A DNA stretch of 64,000 bases from Betaproteobacteria bacterium (GTDB lineage: Bacteria; Pseudomonadota; Gammaproteobacteria; Burkholderiales; Usitatibacteraceae), in assembly GCA_016720855.1 (NCBI GenBank), contig JADKJU010000005.1, forward strand, positions 249,636 to 313,635, given 5' to 3'. Every line of letters starts with the position of its first letter. Position 1 is the stretch's first letter. The position numbers were made by a program, and so were the translations under genes. Positions 27,022 to 35,978 of this stretch are shown here, piece after piece. The notes under the pieces are model-generated. The model saw only the letters and a program-made list of their open reading frames with translations. It did not search any database and was not told the DNA's origin.

Positions 27022-28491
27022 CTACCACCTCATGTGAATGTTCTTCACCTGCGTATAGCTCACCATTTCCTCGAACGTCTCCTCGACGCCCAGGCCGCTC
27101 TGCTTCCATCCACCGTACGGCGCACCGAGGTAGCGGCCGCTGCCGTTGATCCAGACGTAACCCGCGTCCACCCGCTCCGCCGTCTCCATGGCGAGATCCA
27201 GCCGGTTGGTCACGATGGCCGCCGTGAGGCCGTACTGCGTGCCATTCGCCATCGCGATCATCTCTTCCATGTCCGTCCACGCGAGGACGGACATCACCGG
27301 CCCGAAGATCTCCTCCGAAGCGATACGCATGTCCTGGCTCACGCCGTCGAACACCGTGGGCGCGAGAAAGAGGCCGTCGGCGAGCTTCGGGTCCGCCGGT
27401 CGCCCGCCCCCCGTGAGCAGTTTCGCCCCCTGCGCCTTGCCCGCCTCGATGAAGCCCGTGATGCGGTCGTACTGCTTGCGCGAGACGATGGGCCCGAACT
27501 CGTTCGACTCGATCCACGGGAAGCCCACGGGCAGAGCTTCGGCGAGCTTCACGATCTCGTCCACGACGGCGCGGTGCAGCGACCCGTGCACGAACACGCG
27601 CGAGGTCGAGCTGCAGGACTGGCCCTGCCGGTTCATGTTCATCCCCTTGATCGCGGCGGCCGCGGCCTGCTTCGGATCCGCGTCGGGGAAGATGATGATG
27701 GGATTCTTGCCGCCCAGCTCCAGCGTGCAGCGCTTGAGTCCCTCGGCGGCGCCCCGGGCGACGAGGCGCCCGGTCTCCACCGAGCCCACGAATCCGATGC
27801 GCGAGACAAGCGGGTGCGCAACGAGCGCCGCGCCCGTGCGGCCGTCGCCCGCGACCACGTTCACGACGCCCGGCGGGAAGATCCCGTCGGCCAGTTCCGC
27901 CAGGCGGAAGCTGGAAATGGGCGCCTGCTCCGAACTCTTGATCACCACGCAGTTGCCGGCCGCGAGCGGCGCCGCGGCCTTCTCGCCGCAGAAGCGGAAC
28001 GGGTGGTTGAAGGGATTGAGCTTCGCGACGACACCGTAGGGTTGCCGGCGGGTCAGGTTGAGGTGGCGCGGCCCCTGCGAGCTCGTCTCGCCTTTCACCT
28101 CGGTGATGAGGCCGGCGAAGTAATCGAGGCTGTCCGCGGTCCAGTGCATGTCGCCTTCCATGCCCTTCACCGCATTGCCCGCGTCCACGGCGTCGATGAT
28201 CGCCAGCGCCTTCGCCTCGTCGCGGATGCGCCTGGCGAACGCCTCGAGGCACTTCGCGCGCTCCTTGAGGCCCACCTTGCGCCAGGTCTCGAAGCCCTTC
28301 GCCGCCGCCTTCACGGCCAGGTCGACGTCCGTTTCGTCCGCGTACGGCACCGTGGCGAGCACGCGCCCCGTCGAGGGGCTCGTGGAATCGAAGGTCCTGC
28401 CGCTAGCCGCCGCGTGCCAGGCGCCGCCGTAGTAGTGGCCCCGGTTGGTGAACGGCAGGTCCGGCTCGCCGTGCGGATTGGCGCCGCTCAC
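27022..28491 (-). CDS. NAD(P)-dependent aldehyde dehydrogenase (operonic with phnA)
   Basis: I propose a GTG start at 28491, which overlaps the ADH stop (GTGA). Catalytic motifs ELGGKNP and QGQSCSS. 489 aa. Confidence 0.85.
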   Translation of the reverse strand: MSGANPHGEPDLPFTNRGHYYGGAWHAAASGRTFDSTSPSTGRVLATVPYADETDVDLAVKAAAKGFETWRKVGLKERAKCLEAFARRIRDEAKALAIIDAVDAGNAVKGMEGDMHWTADSLDYFAGLITEVKGETSSQGPRHLNLTRRQPYGVVAKLNPFNHPFRFCGEKAAAPLAAGNCVVIKSSEQAPISSFRLAELADGIFPPGVVNVVAGDGRTGAALVAHPLVSRIGFVGSVETGRLVARGAAEGLKRCTLELGGKNPIIIFPDADPKQAAAAAIKGMNMNRQGQSCSSTSRVFVHGSLHRAVVDEIVKLAEALPVGFPWIESNEFGPIVSRKQYDRITGFIEAGKAQGAKLLTGGGRPADPKLADGLFLAPTVFDGVSQDMRIASEEIFGPVMSVLAWTDMEEMIAMANGTQYGLTAAIVTNRLDLAMETAERVDAGYVWINGSGRYLGAPYGGWKQSGLGVEETFEEMVSYTQVKNIHMRW

Positions 28492-29594
28492 GGGACGATC
28501 GCCGCGCGCAGCACCTTGCGGTCCTCGGCGTCCTTCATGGCCTGGCCGACCTGGTCGAGACTGTACTTTCCGTCCACCAGCGCGTGGAAGGGGAAGCGCT
28601 TGCGGTTGCCGTGCACGAAATCGAGCGCCTCGATGAGGTGCCTGGGGTGGTAGTTGTGCACGCCGCGGATGGTGAGGAGCTTGCGCAGGATCATGTTGGC
28701 GTCGATCGTGACGTTCGAGCCCGGGTTCACGGTGCCGCCGAACACGAAGCGCCCGCCCGTGCGCAGGAACTGCAGGCCGGGGATCGCCACCTCGGGGTAG
28801 CCGCACACCTCGATCACCGCGTCGGCGCCTTCGGGGCGGCAGAGCGCGCGCACCTGCTCCACGAGCCCCGCTTCGGGCATCGACGAGGGATCGAACACGT
28901 GGTCGCAGCCGAACGCCAGGCCCAGTTCGCGCCGCGAGGCGACGTTGTCCAGGCCGATCACCAGGCGCGCTCCGCGACCCTTGGCGAGCGCGGCGCCATA
29001 GAGGCCGAGGAGCCCCAGGCCGAAGATGACGACGGCATCGCCCAGCTTCACCTGCGCCTGCTCCGTGACGGACACCATCGTCGCCACGCCGCAGTTGACC
29101 GGGGTCGCCTCCTCATCCGTGAGGTCGTCCGGGAGCTTCAGGATCCAGGACCTCGGCAGCACGTAGCAGTACTCGCCGAACCCGCCGTGGTGGTGGGGTT
29201 CCGTCGTCACCGCCATGTGGCCGTACTTGTCCACACCCGGGGACTTCTGCGGGAGGTCCAGCACCTCGGTGTAGTAGTTGTTGCCCGGGATGAAGTACTC
29301 GCTCCAGGTGATGCGGTCGCCGGACTGTAGCGGTGCCCCGCGCATGTCATGAGTGATGCCCTCGCCCAGTTCGAGGATCGTGCCGATGATCTCGTGACCC
29401 AGCAGGCCGGGGCACGGATTCGGCCGGTGGCCCAGGTAGGAGTGGATGTCCGACCGGCAGATGGTGGACATGCGGATCTTCACGAGGACCTCGTCCCGGC
29501 GCGGCGCGCGCACCGGGAAGAGGCGGATCTCGAAGGGCTTGTTGGGCGCGTCGTAGATCGCGAGGCGGCCCATCAGGTCGGCGGCGATCGCCAT
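28488..29594 (-). CDS. zinc-dependent (MDR) alcohol dehydrogenase of the phosphonate-catabolism-associated type
   Basis: 368 aa. Zn ligand contexts CRSDIH and GHEIIG, NAD fold VIFGLGLLGL. It is wedged between phnA and the ALDH gene with 1-nt and 4-nt junctions. Confidence 0.85.
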   Translation of the reverse strand: MAIAADLMGRLAIYDAPNKPFEIRLFPVRAPRRDEVLVKIRMSTICRSDIHSYLGHRPNPCPGLLGHEIIGTILELGEGITHDMRGAPLQSGDRITWSEYFIPGNNYYTEVLDLPQKSPGVDKYGHMAVTTEPHHHGGFGEYCYVLPRSWILKLPDDLTDEEATPVNCGVATMVSVTEQAQVKLGDAVVIFGLGLLGLYGAALAKGRGARLVIGLDNVASRRELGLAFGCDHVFDPSSMPEAGLVEQVRALCRPEGADAVIEVCGYPEVAIPGLQFLRTGGRFVFGGTVNPGSNVTIDANMILRKLLTIRGVHNYHPRHLIEALDFVHGNRKRFPFHALVDGKYSLDQVGQAMKDAEDRKVLRAAIVP

Positions 29595-29595
29595 G

Positions 29596-30867
29596 TCAGT
29601 GCGCGGGGCCGTTGAGGGCGAACTCGAAGAGCTGCCAGCTCTTGAGCACCTGCACGCCGCCCTTGATCCGGTAGTCGTCGTTGAGGGGCCGGTTGATGAT
29701 GAACGGCACCTTGGCCTCCGAGACCCCGCCGTGGGTGCGCAGGCGATGGCCCTCGAGACCCTTGAGGTCGTGGTCCTTCTCCGAGGCGCCGATGCACACG
29801 TCGTGCGTGGAAATCACCACCACGTCGGCCTCGCGGTCCTCCGGCAGGCTGTGCACCTCGCAGGCGTCCTTCTTGCCGAGGACCGACTCGATGCCCCGGA
29901 TCGGCCGGATCACTTCCATCACCTGCTCCGGGGTCACCTTGCCCGCCCCGCCGGTGATCCACACGCGCACGAAGCCGCCGAGCGCGCCGTGGTGGGCGAC
30001 GAAGGCGTCCGTGATCGGGCAGATCACCTGCACGGCGCCCTTGCCGAGCTTCGCGTCGAGGATGTCCTGCAACCAGATGACGTTGGGCTTGCCCTCGGCG
30101 TTCGACTTGTCGTTCATGCCGTGGTCGGCCGTGAGCGCCACCGTGGCGCCCAGCTCCGCCAGGCGCCCGAAGCGCCAGTCGAGCTCCTGGTAGAAGCGGC
30201 GGGCCTCGGACTCGGTCGGCGCGTACTTGTGCTGGATGTAGTCCGTGAGCGAGAGGAACAGGATGTCGCGGTGTGACTGCTCGAGCAGCTTGATACCGGC
30301 GTCCAGCACGAATAGCGAAAGTTCCATCGAGTACATGTCGGGCTGCGGGTGGCCCAGCCAGGCGGCCGCGTTGTCGATGCCGTGCTCGGCCAGCGTGGTC
30401 GAGGCGGACTTCTCCGAGGAAAAGCACACGTTGCCCTTCGTGACGTCGAGGCCCTTGCCGAGCTGCGTCCTCAGCTTGTCCTTGGCCGTGATCGCGACCA
30501 CCTTCGCGCCGGCATCGGCGAAGCCCTTGAGCACGGTGTCGCCGCGCAGCAACTCCGGGCCCGTCATCACGACCGCCTTGCCCGTCTTCACGTCCAGGTA
30601 GTAGTTGCCCGAGATGCCGTGCTTCGAGGCCGGCGTGCCGGTCACCACCGACATGTTGTTGGGGCAGGTGAACGACGGCACGGTGCCTTCGGCCACGACG
30701 GCGAAGCCTTCTTTCATGAACCGGGCGATGTTCGGGACGGCGCCTTCCGCGATGAACTGCTGCAGGTAGGCCGGGTCGCCGCCGTCGATGATCACGACGG
30801 CGACGGGCCGGTCCGGCCAGCGGTAGCTCGTGCCGTTCACCACGACGGGGGGTCTTGCGTTCGCCAT
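29596..30867 (-). CDS. phnA: phosphonoacetate hydrolase
   Basis: I prefer the start MANARPPVVVNG. AP-superfamily motifs are VIIDGGDP, PSFTCPNNMS (Thr nucleophile), LTDYIQHK and TADHGMN. Length and order match PhnA. Confidence 0.85.
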   Translation of the reverse strand: MANARPPVVVNGTSYRWPDRPVAVVIIDGGDPAYLQQFIAEGAVPNIARFMKEGFAVVAEGTVPSFTCPNNMSVVTGTPASKHGISGNYYLDVKTGKAVVMTGPELLRGDTVLKGFADAGAKVVAITAKDKLRTQLGKGLDVTKGNVCFSSEKSASTTLAEHGIDNAAAWLGHPQPDMYSMELSLFVLDAGIKLLEQSHRDILFLSLTDYIQHKYAPTESEARRFYQELDWRFGRLAELGATVALTADHGMNDKSNAEGKPNVIWLQDILDAKLGKGAVQVICPITDAFVAHHGALGGFVRVWITGGAGKVTPEQVMEVIRPIRGIESVLGKKDACEVHSLPEDREADVVVISTHDVCIGASEKDHDLKGLEGHRLRTHGGVSEAKVPFIINRPLNDDYRIKGGVQVLKSWQLFEFALNGPAH

Positions 30868-30967
30868 GAATCCACTCCTTCCCATGGGGCCGCCAGTCGG
30901 GCCTGGCAAGGCCGGGGCAGCGGGGTTTCCGATTGCGTTTGCCGAAAGCTAGCAGCTTCGCCTAATA

Positions 30968-30980
30968 TCGCATAAATCGA
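30968..30980. promoter_or_regulatory. candidate LysR-type T-N11-A box in the phnA / lysR divergent region
   Basis: TCG-CATAAAT-CGA (T-N11-A with a 3-bp dyad). It lies about 100 bp upstream of the phnA ATG and 30 bp upstream of the LysR ATG. Pattern match only. Confidence 0.3.
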
Positions 30981-31009
30981 AAATTCATCCAGACTCATCG
31001 TTTGAATCA

Positions 31010-31882
31010 ATGTATGAAAAGTGGCTCAAGGCGTTCCACATGGTGGCTTCCCACGGCGGCGTGGGAAGGGCCGCCAAGGCGCTGAACGTCGGCCAGCCCA
31101 CCATCTCGGCCCACCTCAAGACCCTCGAGGACTACTTCCGCGTGGAGCTCTTCTACCGCCAGGGACGGCGAGTGGAGCTCACCGAAGTGGGGCGATCCCT
31201 GCACGAGATCACCCGGAGCCTCTACGGCCACGAGTCCGAGGCCGTCGCTTTCCTGCGCTCCGCGGGCCGCAGCGAGCACGGGCGGCTGCGCGCCGGCGCG
31301 GTGGGGCCCTTCGACGTGATGGAGATGGTTCACGCGTTCCACGCAAAGCACCGGTGGGTGGACTTGTCCGTCGATGTCCTCCCGCGCCGGGAGTTGGTGA
31401 CCCGCCTGCGGGCCTTCGATCTGGACGTGGGGGTCTTCGCCGACGCACCGGAGGAAGCCGACTTCCACTCGTTCGTCTACGACCGCCACCCCGTGCGCAT
31501 CATCGTCCCGGCCCTGCACCGCCTGGCGCGAAGGAAGCGAATCCAGATCAATGACCTCGAGGGCGAACCCTTCGTCCTGCGCGACCCCTCGTCAGTCACC
31601 CGGCGGGCCTTCGAGCAGGCCCTGCAGCGCGCCGCCGTGAAGGTCCGCCCCGTCATCCAGACCAACAGCCGGGAAGCCGTCCGCGAGGCGGTCGCCCGGG
31701 GGATGGGGCTCGGCGTGATCTCGGAGCGGGAACACGCCCCGCACCCGAACATCCATGTCCTCACGGTCGAGGACGCCGACATGAGCACGGGCGCCTGGGT
31801 GGCCTGCCTCGCCGCCCGCCGCGGCCGCCCCCTCATCGACACGTTCATGAAGCTGGTCCAGCAGAACCGCCCGGCCGGATGA
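31010..31882 (+). CDS. LysR-family transcriptional regulator (divergent from the phnA operon)
   Basis: 290 aa with N-terminal wHTH FHMVASHGGVGRAAKALNVGQPTISAHLKTLE. Confidence 0.9.
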   Translation: MYEKWLKAFHMVASHGGVGRAAKALNVGQPTISAHLKTLEDYFRVELFYRQGRRVELTEVGRSLHEITRSLYGHESEAVAFLRSAGRSEHGRLRAGAVGPFDVMEMVHAFHAKHRWVDLSVDVLPRRELVTRLRAFDLDVGVFADAPEEADFHSFVYDRHPVRIIVPALHRLARRKRIQINDLEGEPFVLRDPSSVTRRAFEQALQRAAVKVRPVIQTNSREAVREAVARGMGLGVISEREHAPHPNIHVLTVEDADMSTGAWVACLAARRGRPLIDTFMKLVQQNRPAG

Positions 31883-31907
31883 CGGCGGCGGCCGTCATTT
31901 CGGTTTG

Positions 31908-31935
31908 TTGACAATCGAACCTCGCCCTGTAGATT
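31908..31935 (+). promoter_or_regulatory. sigma70-like promoter with overlapping dyad (candidate GntR operator)
   Basis: TTGACA (31908-31913), 16-nt spacer, TAGATT (31930-35). The inverted repeat GACAATC (31910-16) / GATTGTC (31932-38) brackets it. Confidence 0.4.
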
Positions 31936-32662
31936 GTCGCCATATCAACTTCACCTGCCCCGCCCCGTGCCCCAATCCACCGCCAAGCCCACGGAAGACC
32001 CGCCGCTCGCCGCCCGTGTGCACGCCGATATCGAGAGGCAGATCCTCTCGGGCAAGGTGCTGCCAGGAGCAAAGTTGGTCGAGGAGGACGTGGCCGACCG
32101 GCTGCGGGTGAGCCGCGGTCCGGTGCGCGAGGCCTTCCGCGCCCTCGAGCAGGCGGGCCTCGTCCGCATGGAGAAGAACCGCGGCGTCTTCGTGCGCGAG
32201 GTTTCCCTGCGGGAAGCCGACGAGATCTACGAAGTGCGCGCCGGGCTCGACGAGCTCATCGGCCGGCTGGTCGCCGCGCGGCTCACCGCCGCGCGCCTCG
32301 CCGAGCTGCGCCGCCTGCTCACCCGCATGGAGCTTGCCGCCCGCACCGAGGACGTGGACAGCTATTACCCCCTCAACGTGGCGTTCCACGATCACCTCGC
32401 ACTCGCCGCGGGCAACGGGACGCTCCTTGCCTCCTATCGCATCCTCGTGAACCAGCTGCACCTGTATCGGCGCGAGACGCTCGCGCGCGGCGCGGGCAGC
32501 TTCGACATCTCCACCAGCGAGCACCAGCGCATCGTCGACCTGCTCGCCGAAGGCGACGGCGTGAAGGCCGGCCAGCTCCTCTTCGAGCACGCGATGGAAA
32601 GCCGCGAGCGCCTGCACGCGACCCTCCAGACCCCGATCCGGAAAGACGCAGGAACCCCATGA
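31934..32662 (+). CDS. GntR-family (FadR/FCD subfamily) transcriptional regulator, phosphonate-utilisation associated
   Basis: wHTH LVEEDVADRLRVSRGPVREAFRALEQAGLV plus a helical FCD domain. The stop overlaps the next gene start (ATGA at 32659). The track start, TTG 31934, sits inside the putative -10 element, so the true start is probably downstream (for example GTG 31967). Confidence 0.8.
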   Translation: MSPYQLHLPRPVPQSTAKPTEDPPLAARVHADIERQILSGKVLPGAKLVEEDVADRLRVSRGPVREAFRALEQAGLVRMEKNRGVFVREVSLREADEIYEVRAGLDELIGRLVAARLTAARLAELRRLLTRMELAARTEDVDSYYPLNVAFHDHLALAAGNGTLLASYRILVNQLHLYRRETLARGAGSFDISTSEHQRIVDLLAEGDGVKAGQLLFEHAMESRERLHATLQTPIRKDAGTP

Positions 32663-34116
32663 ACGCCGCCGTGAGGCCCCCCAGCCGCCCCAGGTTCCGC
32701 GCCGAGGCCCTGCGCATCGGCGGCGAGCGCGTCGCACGCGATCGCGTGATCGAGGTGAGGAACCCGTACACCGGCGAGGTCGTGGGCACCGTCCCCAGGG
32801 CCTCCGTCGAGGACGTGCGCCGCGCCTTCGCGATCGCGCGCGCGTACCGCGCCACGCTCTCGCGCCACGAGCGCTCCAGCCTCCTCCTCAGGGCCGCCGC
32901 CCTTCTTCGTGCCCGGGTCGACGAGGCTTCGGACCTGATCACGCTCGAGTCGGGCCTGTGCAAGAAGGACACGGTCTACGAAGTGGGTCGCGTGTGCGAT
33001 GTGCTGACCTTCGCCGCGATGGAAGCGCTCAGGGACGACGGCCAGTCGTTCTCCTGCGACCTCACGCCGCACGGCAGGAAGCGCCGCGTCTTCACGCGAC
33101 GCGATCCGCTGATAGGCGTCATCTCGGCCATCACGCCGTTCAACCACCCGATGAACCAGGTGGCGCACAAGGTCGCGCCGTCGGTGGCGACCAACAACCG
33201 GATCGTGCTCAAGCCCACCGAGAAGACGCCACTGTCGGCGCTGTATCTCGCGGACCTGCTCTACGAGGCCGGCCTGCCGCCCGAGATGCTCCAGGTCGTG
33301 ACGGGCGACCCGCGCGAGATCGCGGACGAGCTCATCACCAACGAGCACGCCGACATGGTCACCTTCACCGGCGGCGTCGCCATCGGCAAGCACATCGCCC
33401 GGACGGCCGGTTACCGCCGCGTGTGCCTCGAACTGGGCGGCAACGACCCGGTCATCGTCATGGAGGACGCCGACATCGAGGAGGCCGCCGCGCTCGCTGC
33501 GCAGGGCTCCTACAAGAACAGCGGACAGCGCTGCACCGCCGTGAAACGCATGCTCGTCCACGAGAAGGTGGCCGACCGATTCGTCGAGCTCCTCGTCGAG
33601 AAGACGAAGGCCTGGACGTACGGCGACCCCTCCGATCCCGCCGTGGATATGGGTACGGTCATCGACGAAGCGGCGGCGAGGACCTTCGAGGCACGCGTGA
33701 ACGAGGCCATCGCGCAAGGCGCGCGGCTGCTCGCCGGCAACGAGCGCCGCGGCGCGCTCTATTCCCCCACCGTGATCGACCGCGTCATGCCGGAAATGAC
33801 CGTCGTCCGCGAGGAGACCTTCGGCCCCGTCTCCCCCGTGATGCGCTTCTCGTCGATCGACGAAGCGATCGCTCTTTCAAACGCGACGGCCTTCGGGCTC
33901 TCTTCGGGCGTGTTCACCAACCGCCTGGACTACATCGCGCGCTTCATCGCGGAGCTCAACGTGGGCTCGGTCAACGTGCGCGAGGTGCCCGGCTACCGGC
34001 TCGAGCTCACGCCCTTCGGCGGCATCAAGGACTCGGGCCTGGGCTACAAGGAAGGCGTGCAGGAGGCGATGAAGAGCTTCACGAACCTGAAGACATTCAG
34101 CCTCCCGGCGTTCTGA
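32659..34116 (+). CDS. phnY: aldehyde dehydrogenase, putative phosphonoacetaldehyde dehydrogenase
   Basis: 485 aa. ELGGNDP and GQRCTAV catalytic motifs. Coupled to the GntR phosphonate-type regulator. The PhnY subfamily assignment is from memory and context only. Confidence 0.6.
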   Translation: MNAAVRPPSRPRFRAEALRIGGERVARDRVIEVRNPYTGEVVGTVPRASVEDVRRAFAIARAYRATLSRHERSSLLLRAAALLRARVDEASDLITLESGLCKKDTVYEVGRVCDVLTFAAMEALRDDGQSFSCDLTPHGRKRRVFTRRDPLIGVISAITPFNHPMNQVAHKVAPSVATNNRIVLKPTEKTPLSALYLADLLYEAGLPPEMLQVVTGDPREIADELITNEHADMVTFTGGVAIGKHIARTAGYRRVCLELGGNDPVIVMEDADIEEAAALAAQGSYKNSGQRCTAVKRMLVHEKVADRFVELLVEKTKAWTYGDPSDPAVDMGTVIDEAAARTFEARVNEAIAQGARLLAGNERRGALYSPTVIDRVMPEMTVVREETFGPVSPVMRFSSIDEAIALSNATAFGLSSGVFTNRLDYIARFIAELNVGSVNVREVPGYRLELTPFGGIKDSGLGYKEGVQEAMKSFTNLKTFSLPAF

Positions 34117-34236
34117 ATGCTTCCGGACCGGCGTCAAAGTGTCATAATCGGCGACTCGAGCCCGACCGCAAGCTCGCCAAAGTGAGGTGATCCTTTCCGA
34201 GGGACAGTCGTCCCGACGAAGTCGCAAGCGACCGCA

Positions 34237-35943
34237 GTGCAGACACTCCTCAATCTTCTCGCCAGCGTGGCCCTGCTCGTCTGGGGCACGCACATCGTGC
34301 GCACGGGCATCCTGCGCGTCTACGGCGCCGACCTGCGGCGCGTGCTGTCGAAGAGCGTCTCCAGCCGCGGCTCGGCCTTCCTCGCGGGGCTCGGCGTCAC
34401 CAGCCTCGTGCAGTCCTCGAGCGCAACCGCGCTCATCACCAGCGGCTTCGTCTCGCAGGAACTCATCGCGCTCGCCCCGGCTCTTGCCATCATGCTGGGC
34501 GCCGACGTGGGCACCTCGCTCATGGCGCAGGTGTTTTCGCTGGATCTCTCGTGGCTTTCGCCGCTCGCCATCTTCTTCGGCGTGATCTTCTTCCTCACGC
34601 GCAGGAACACCAAGGCCGGGCAGATCGGCCGCGTGTCGATAGGGCTCGGTCTCATCATCCTCGCCCTGCAGCTCATCCAGGCGGCCGCGAAGCCCATCGT
34701 GTCGGCCGCGGGAACGAAGGTGCTGTTCGACTCCCTGACGGGCGACCCGATGCTCGACATGCTGATCGGCGCGCTGTTCGCCCTGTTCTCGTGGTCGAGC
34801 CTGGCGGTGGTGCTGCTCTCGGCCACGCTCGCCGCCACGAGCGTCATCTCGGTGCCCGTCGCGATGTGCCTCGTGCTGGGCGCAAACCTGGGCAGTGGCG
34901 CGCTCACGGTCTTCGCGACGATGGGCACGCCGGGCGGAGGGCGGCGGGTCGCCTTCGGCAACCTGCTCTTCAAGCTGGTCGGCTGCCTGGTGTTCTCGTT
35001 GGCCCTGCCGCTGGCGCTGCAGGCCATCGCGCATTTCGACGCCGACCCGCGCCGGCAGGTGCTGCACTTCCACGTGATGTTCAACGTGATCCTGGCCGGC
35101 GGCTTCATCTTCTTCACCGACTCCATCGCGCGCCTGCTGGAGAAGTGGCTCCCGGAAACCGCCGGCAGCGGCACCGTCACCGCCGAGCCCCGCCACCTCG
35201 ACGGCGGCGCGCTCGATACGCCGACGCTGGCCCTTGCCAATGCCGCGCGCGAGACGCTCAGGATCGGCGACATCGTCGAGCAGATGCTCAACGGCATGCT
35301 GGAAGTGCTGCGCACCAACGACGAGAAGCGGGTCGACGAGCTGATCCGCCTCGACGACGACGTCGACCGCCTCTACACCGCGGTGAAGCTCTACCTCACC
35401 CAGATCAGCCGCGAGGCGCTGGACGAAAAGGACGGCCGGCGCTGGGCCGAGATCATCTCGCTCACCATCAACCTGGAGCACGTGGGCGACGTGATCGAGC
35501 GCATCCTCGTCGACATCAAGGACAAGAAGATCGCGCACCGGCTCTCGTTCTCGGAAGCGGGGATGCAGGAACTCGCCGACCTGCATGCGAAGCTGGTGGC
35601 GAACCTGCGCCTGGGACTGTCGGTCTTCCTCACCGGGGACGTGAGGAGCGCGCAGATGCTCCTCGAGGAAAAGGAGAAGTTCCGCGACCTCGAGCGCTCC
35701 TACGCGAGCCAGCACCTCGACCGCCTCTCGGTCCAGTCGGTGCAGTCCATCGAGACGAGCTCGCTGCACCTGGACATCATCAGCGACATGCGCCGCATCA
35801 ATTCCTTCTTCTGCTCGACCGCCTACCCGATCCTCGAGCAGGCGGGGCAGCTGAGGAAGAGTCGGCTCAGGCCCGCCACAGCGGCCGGCGACGCCACGGG
35901 CGCCTTTACCGCCAAGACCGACCTGGCTCGCGGGGCCAAGTAA
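34237..35943 (+). CDS. Na/Pi cotransporter family protein with C-terminal PhoU-like domain (YjbB/NptA type)
   Basis: 568 aa with a GTG start. LLASVALLVWGTHIVRTGILRVYGADLR is the hallmark N-terminus. The C-terminal half has paired PhoU-like helical repeats. Confidence 0.85.
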   Translation: MQTLLNLLASVALLVWGTHIVRTGILRVYGADLRRVLSKSVSSRGSAFLAGLGVTSLVQSSSATALITSGFVSQELIALAPALAIMLGADVGTSLMAQVFSLDLSWLSPLAIFFGVIFFLTRRNTKAGQIGRVSIGLGLIILALQLIQAAAKPIVSAAGTKVLFDSLTGDPMLDMLIGALFALFSWSSLAVVLLSATLAATSVISVPVAMCLVLGANLGSGALTVFATMGTPGGGRRVAFGNLLFKLVGCLVFSLALPLALQAIAHFDADPRRQVLHFHVMFNVILAGGFIFFTDSIARLLEKWLPETAGSGTVTAEPRHLDGGALDTPTLALANAARETLRIGDIVEQMLNGMLEVLRTNDEKRVDELIRLDDDVDRLYTAVKLYLTQISREALDEKDGRRWAEIISLTINLEHVGDVIERILVDIKDKKIAHRLSFSEAGMQELADLHAKLVANLRLGLSVFLTGDVRSAQMLLEEKEKFRDLERSYASQHLDRLSVQSVQSIETSSLHLDIISDMRRINSFFCSTAYPILEQAGQLRKSRLRPATAAGDATGAFTAKTDLARGAK

Positions 35944-35978
35944 CACCGCGGCCGGCGCTATCCGGGCCGGGACCCTCC

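Noticed and set aside
30946-30958. Palindrome AAGCT-AGC-AGCTT in the phnA/lysR intergenic region
   Set aside because: It is A-N11-T rather than the T-N11-A LysR pattern, and it matches no operator consensus I know. The TCG-N7-CGA site at 30968-30980 is the better, though still weak, candidate.
31002-31010. TTGAATCAA palindrome considered as an FNR/Crp half-box
   Set aside because: The spacing is wrong (TTGA-N1-TCAA instead of N6) and it overlaps the LysR start codon.
34140-34147. TGTCATAA half-site resembling a Pho box upstream of the Na/Pi transporter gene
   Set aside because: Only one 7-bp half matches CTGTCAT. The second direct repeat, 11 bp away, is absent. A similar lone half-site (ATGTCAT at about 43968) was dismissed for the same reason.
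35944-35978. CCGGGCC...GGCCCGG inverted repeat after the Na/Pi gene as a terminator
   Set aside because: The stem is short, the loop is 13 nt and there is no U-run, so evidence is too weak to list.
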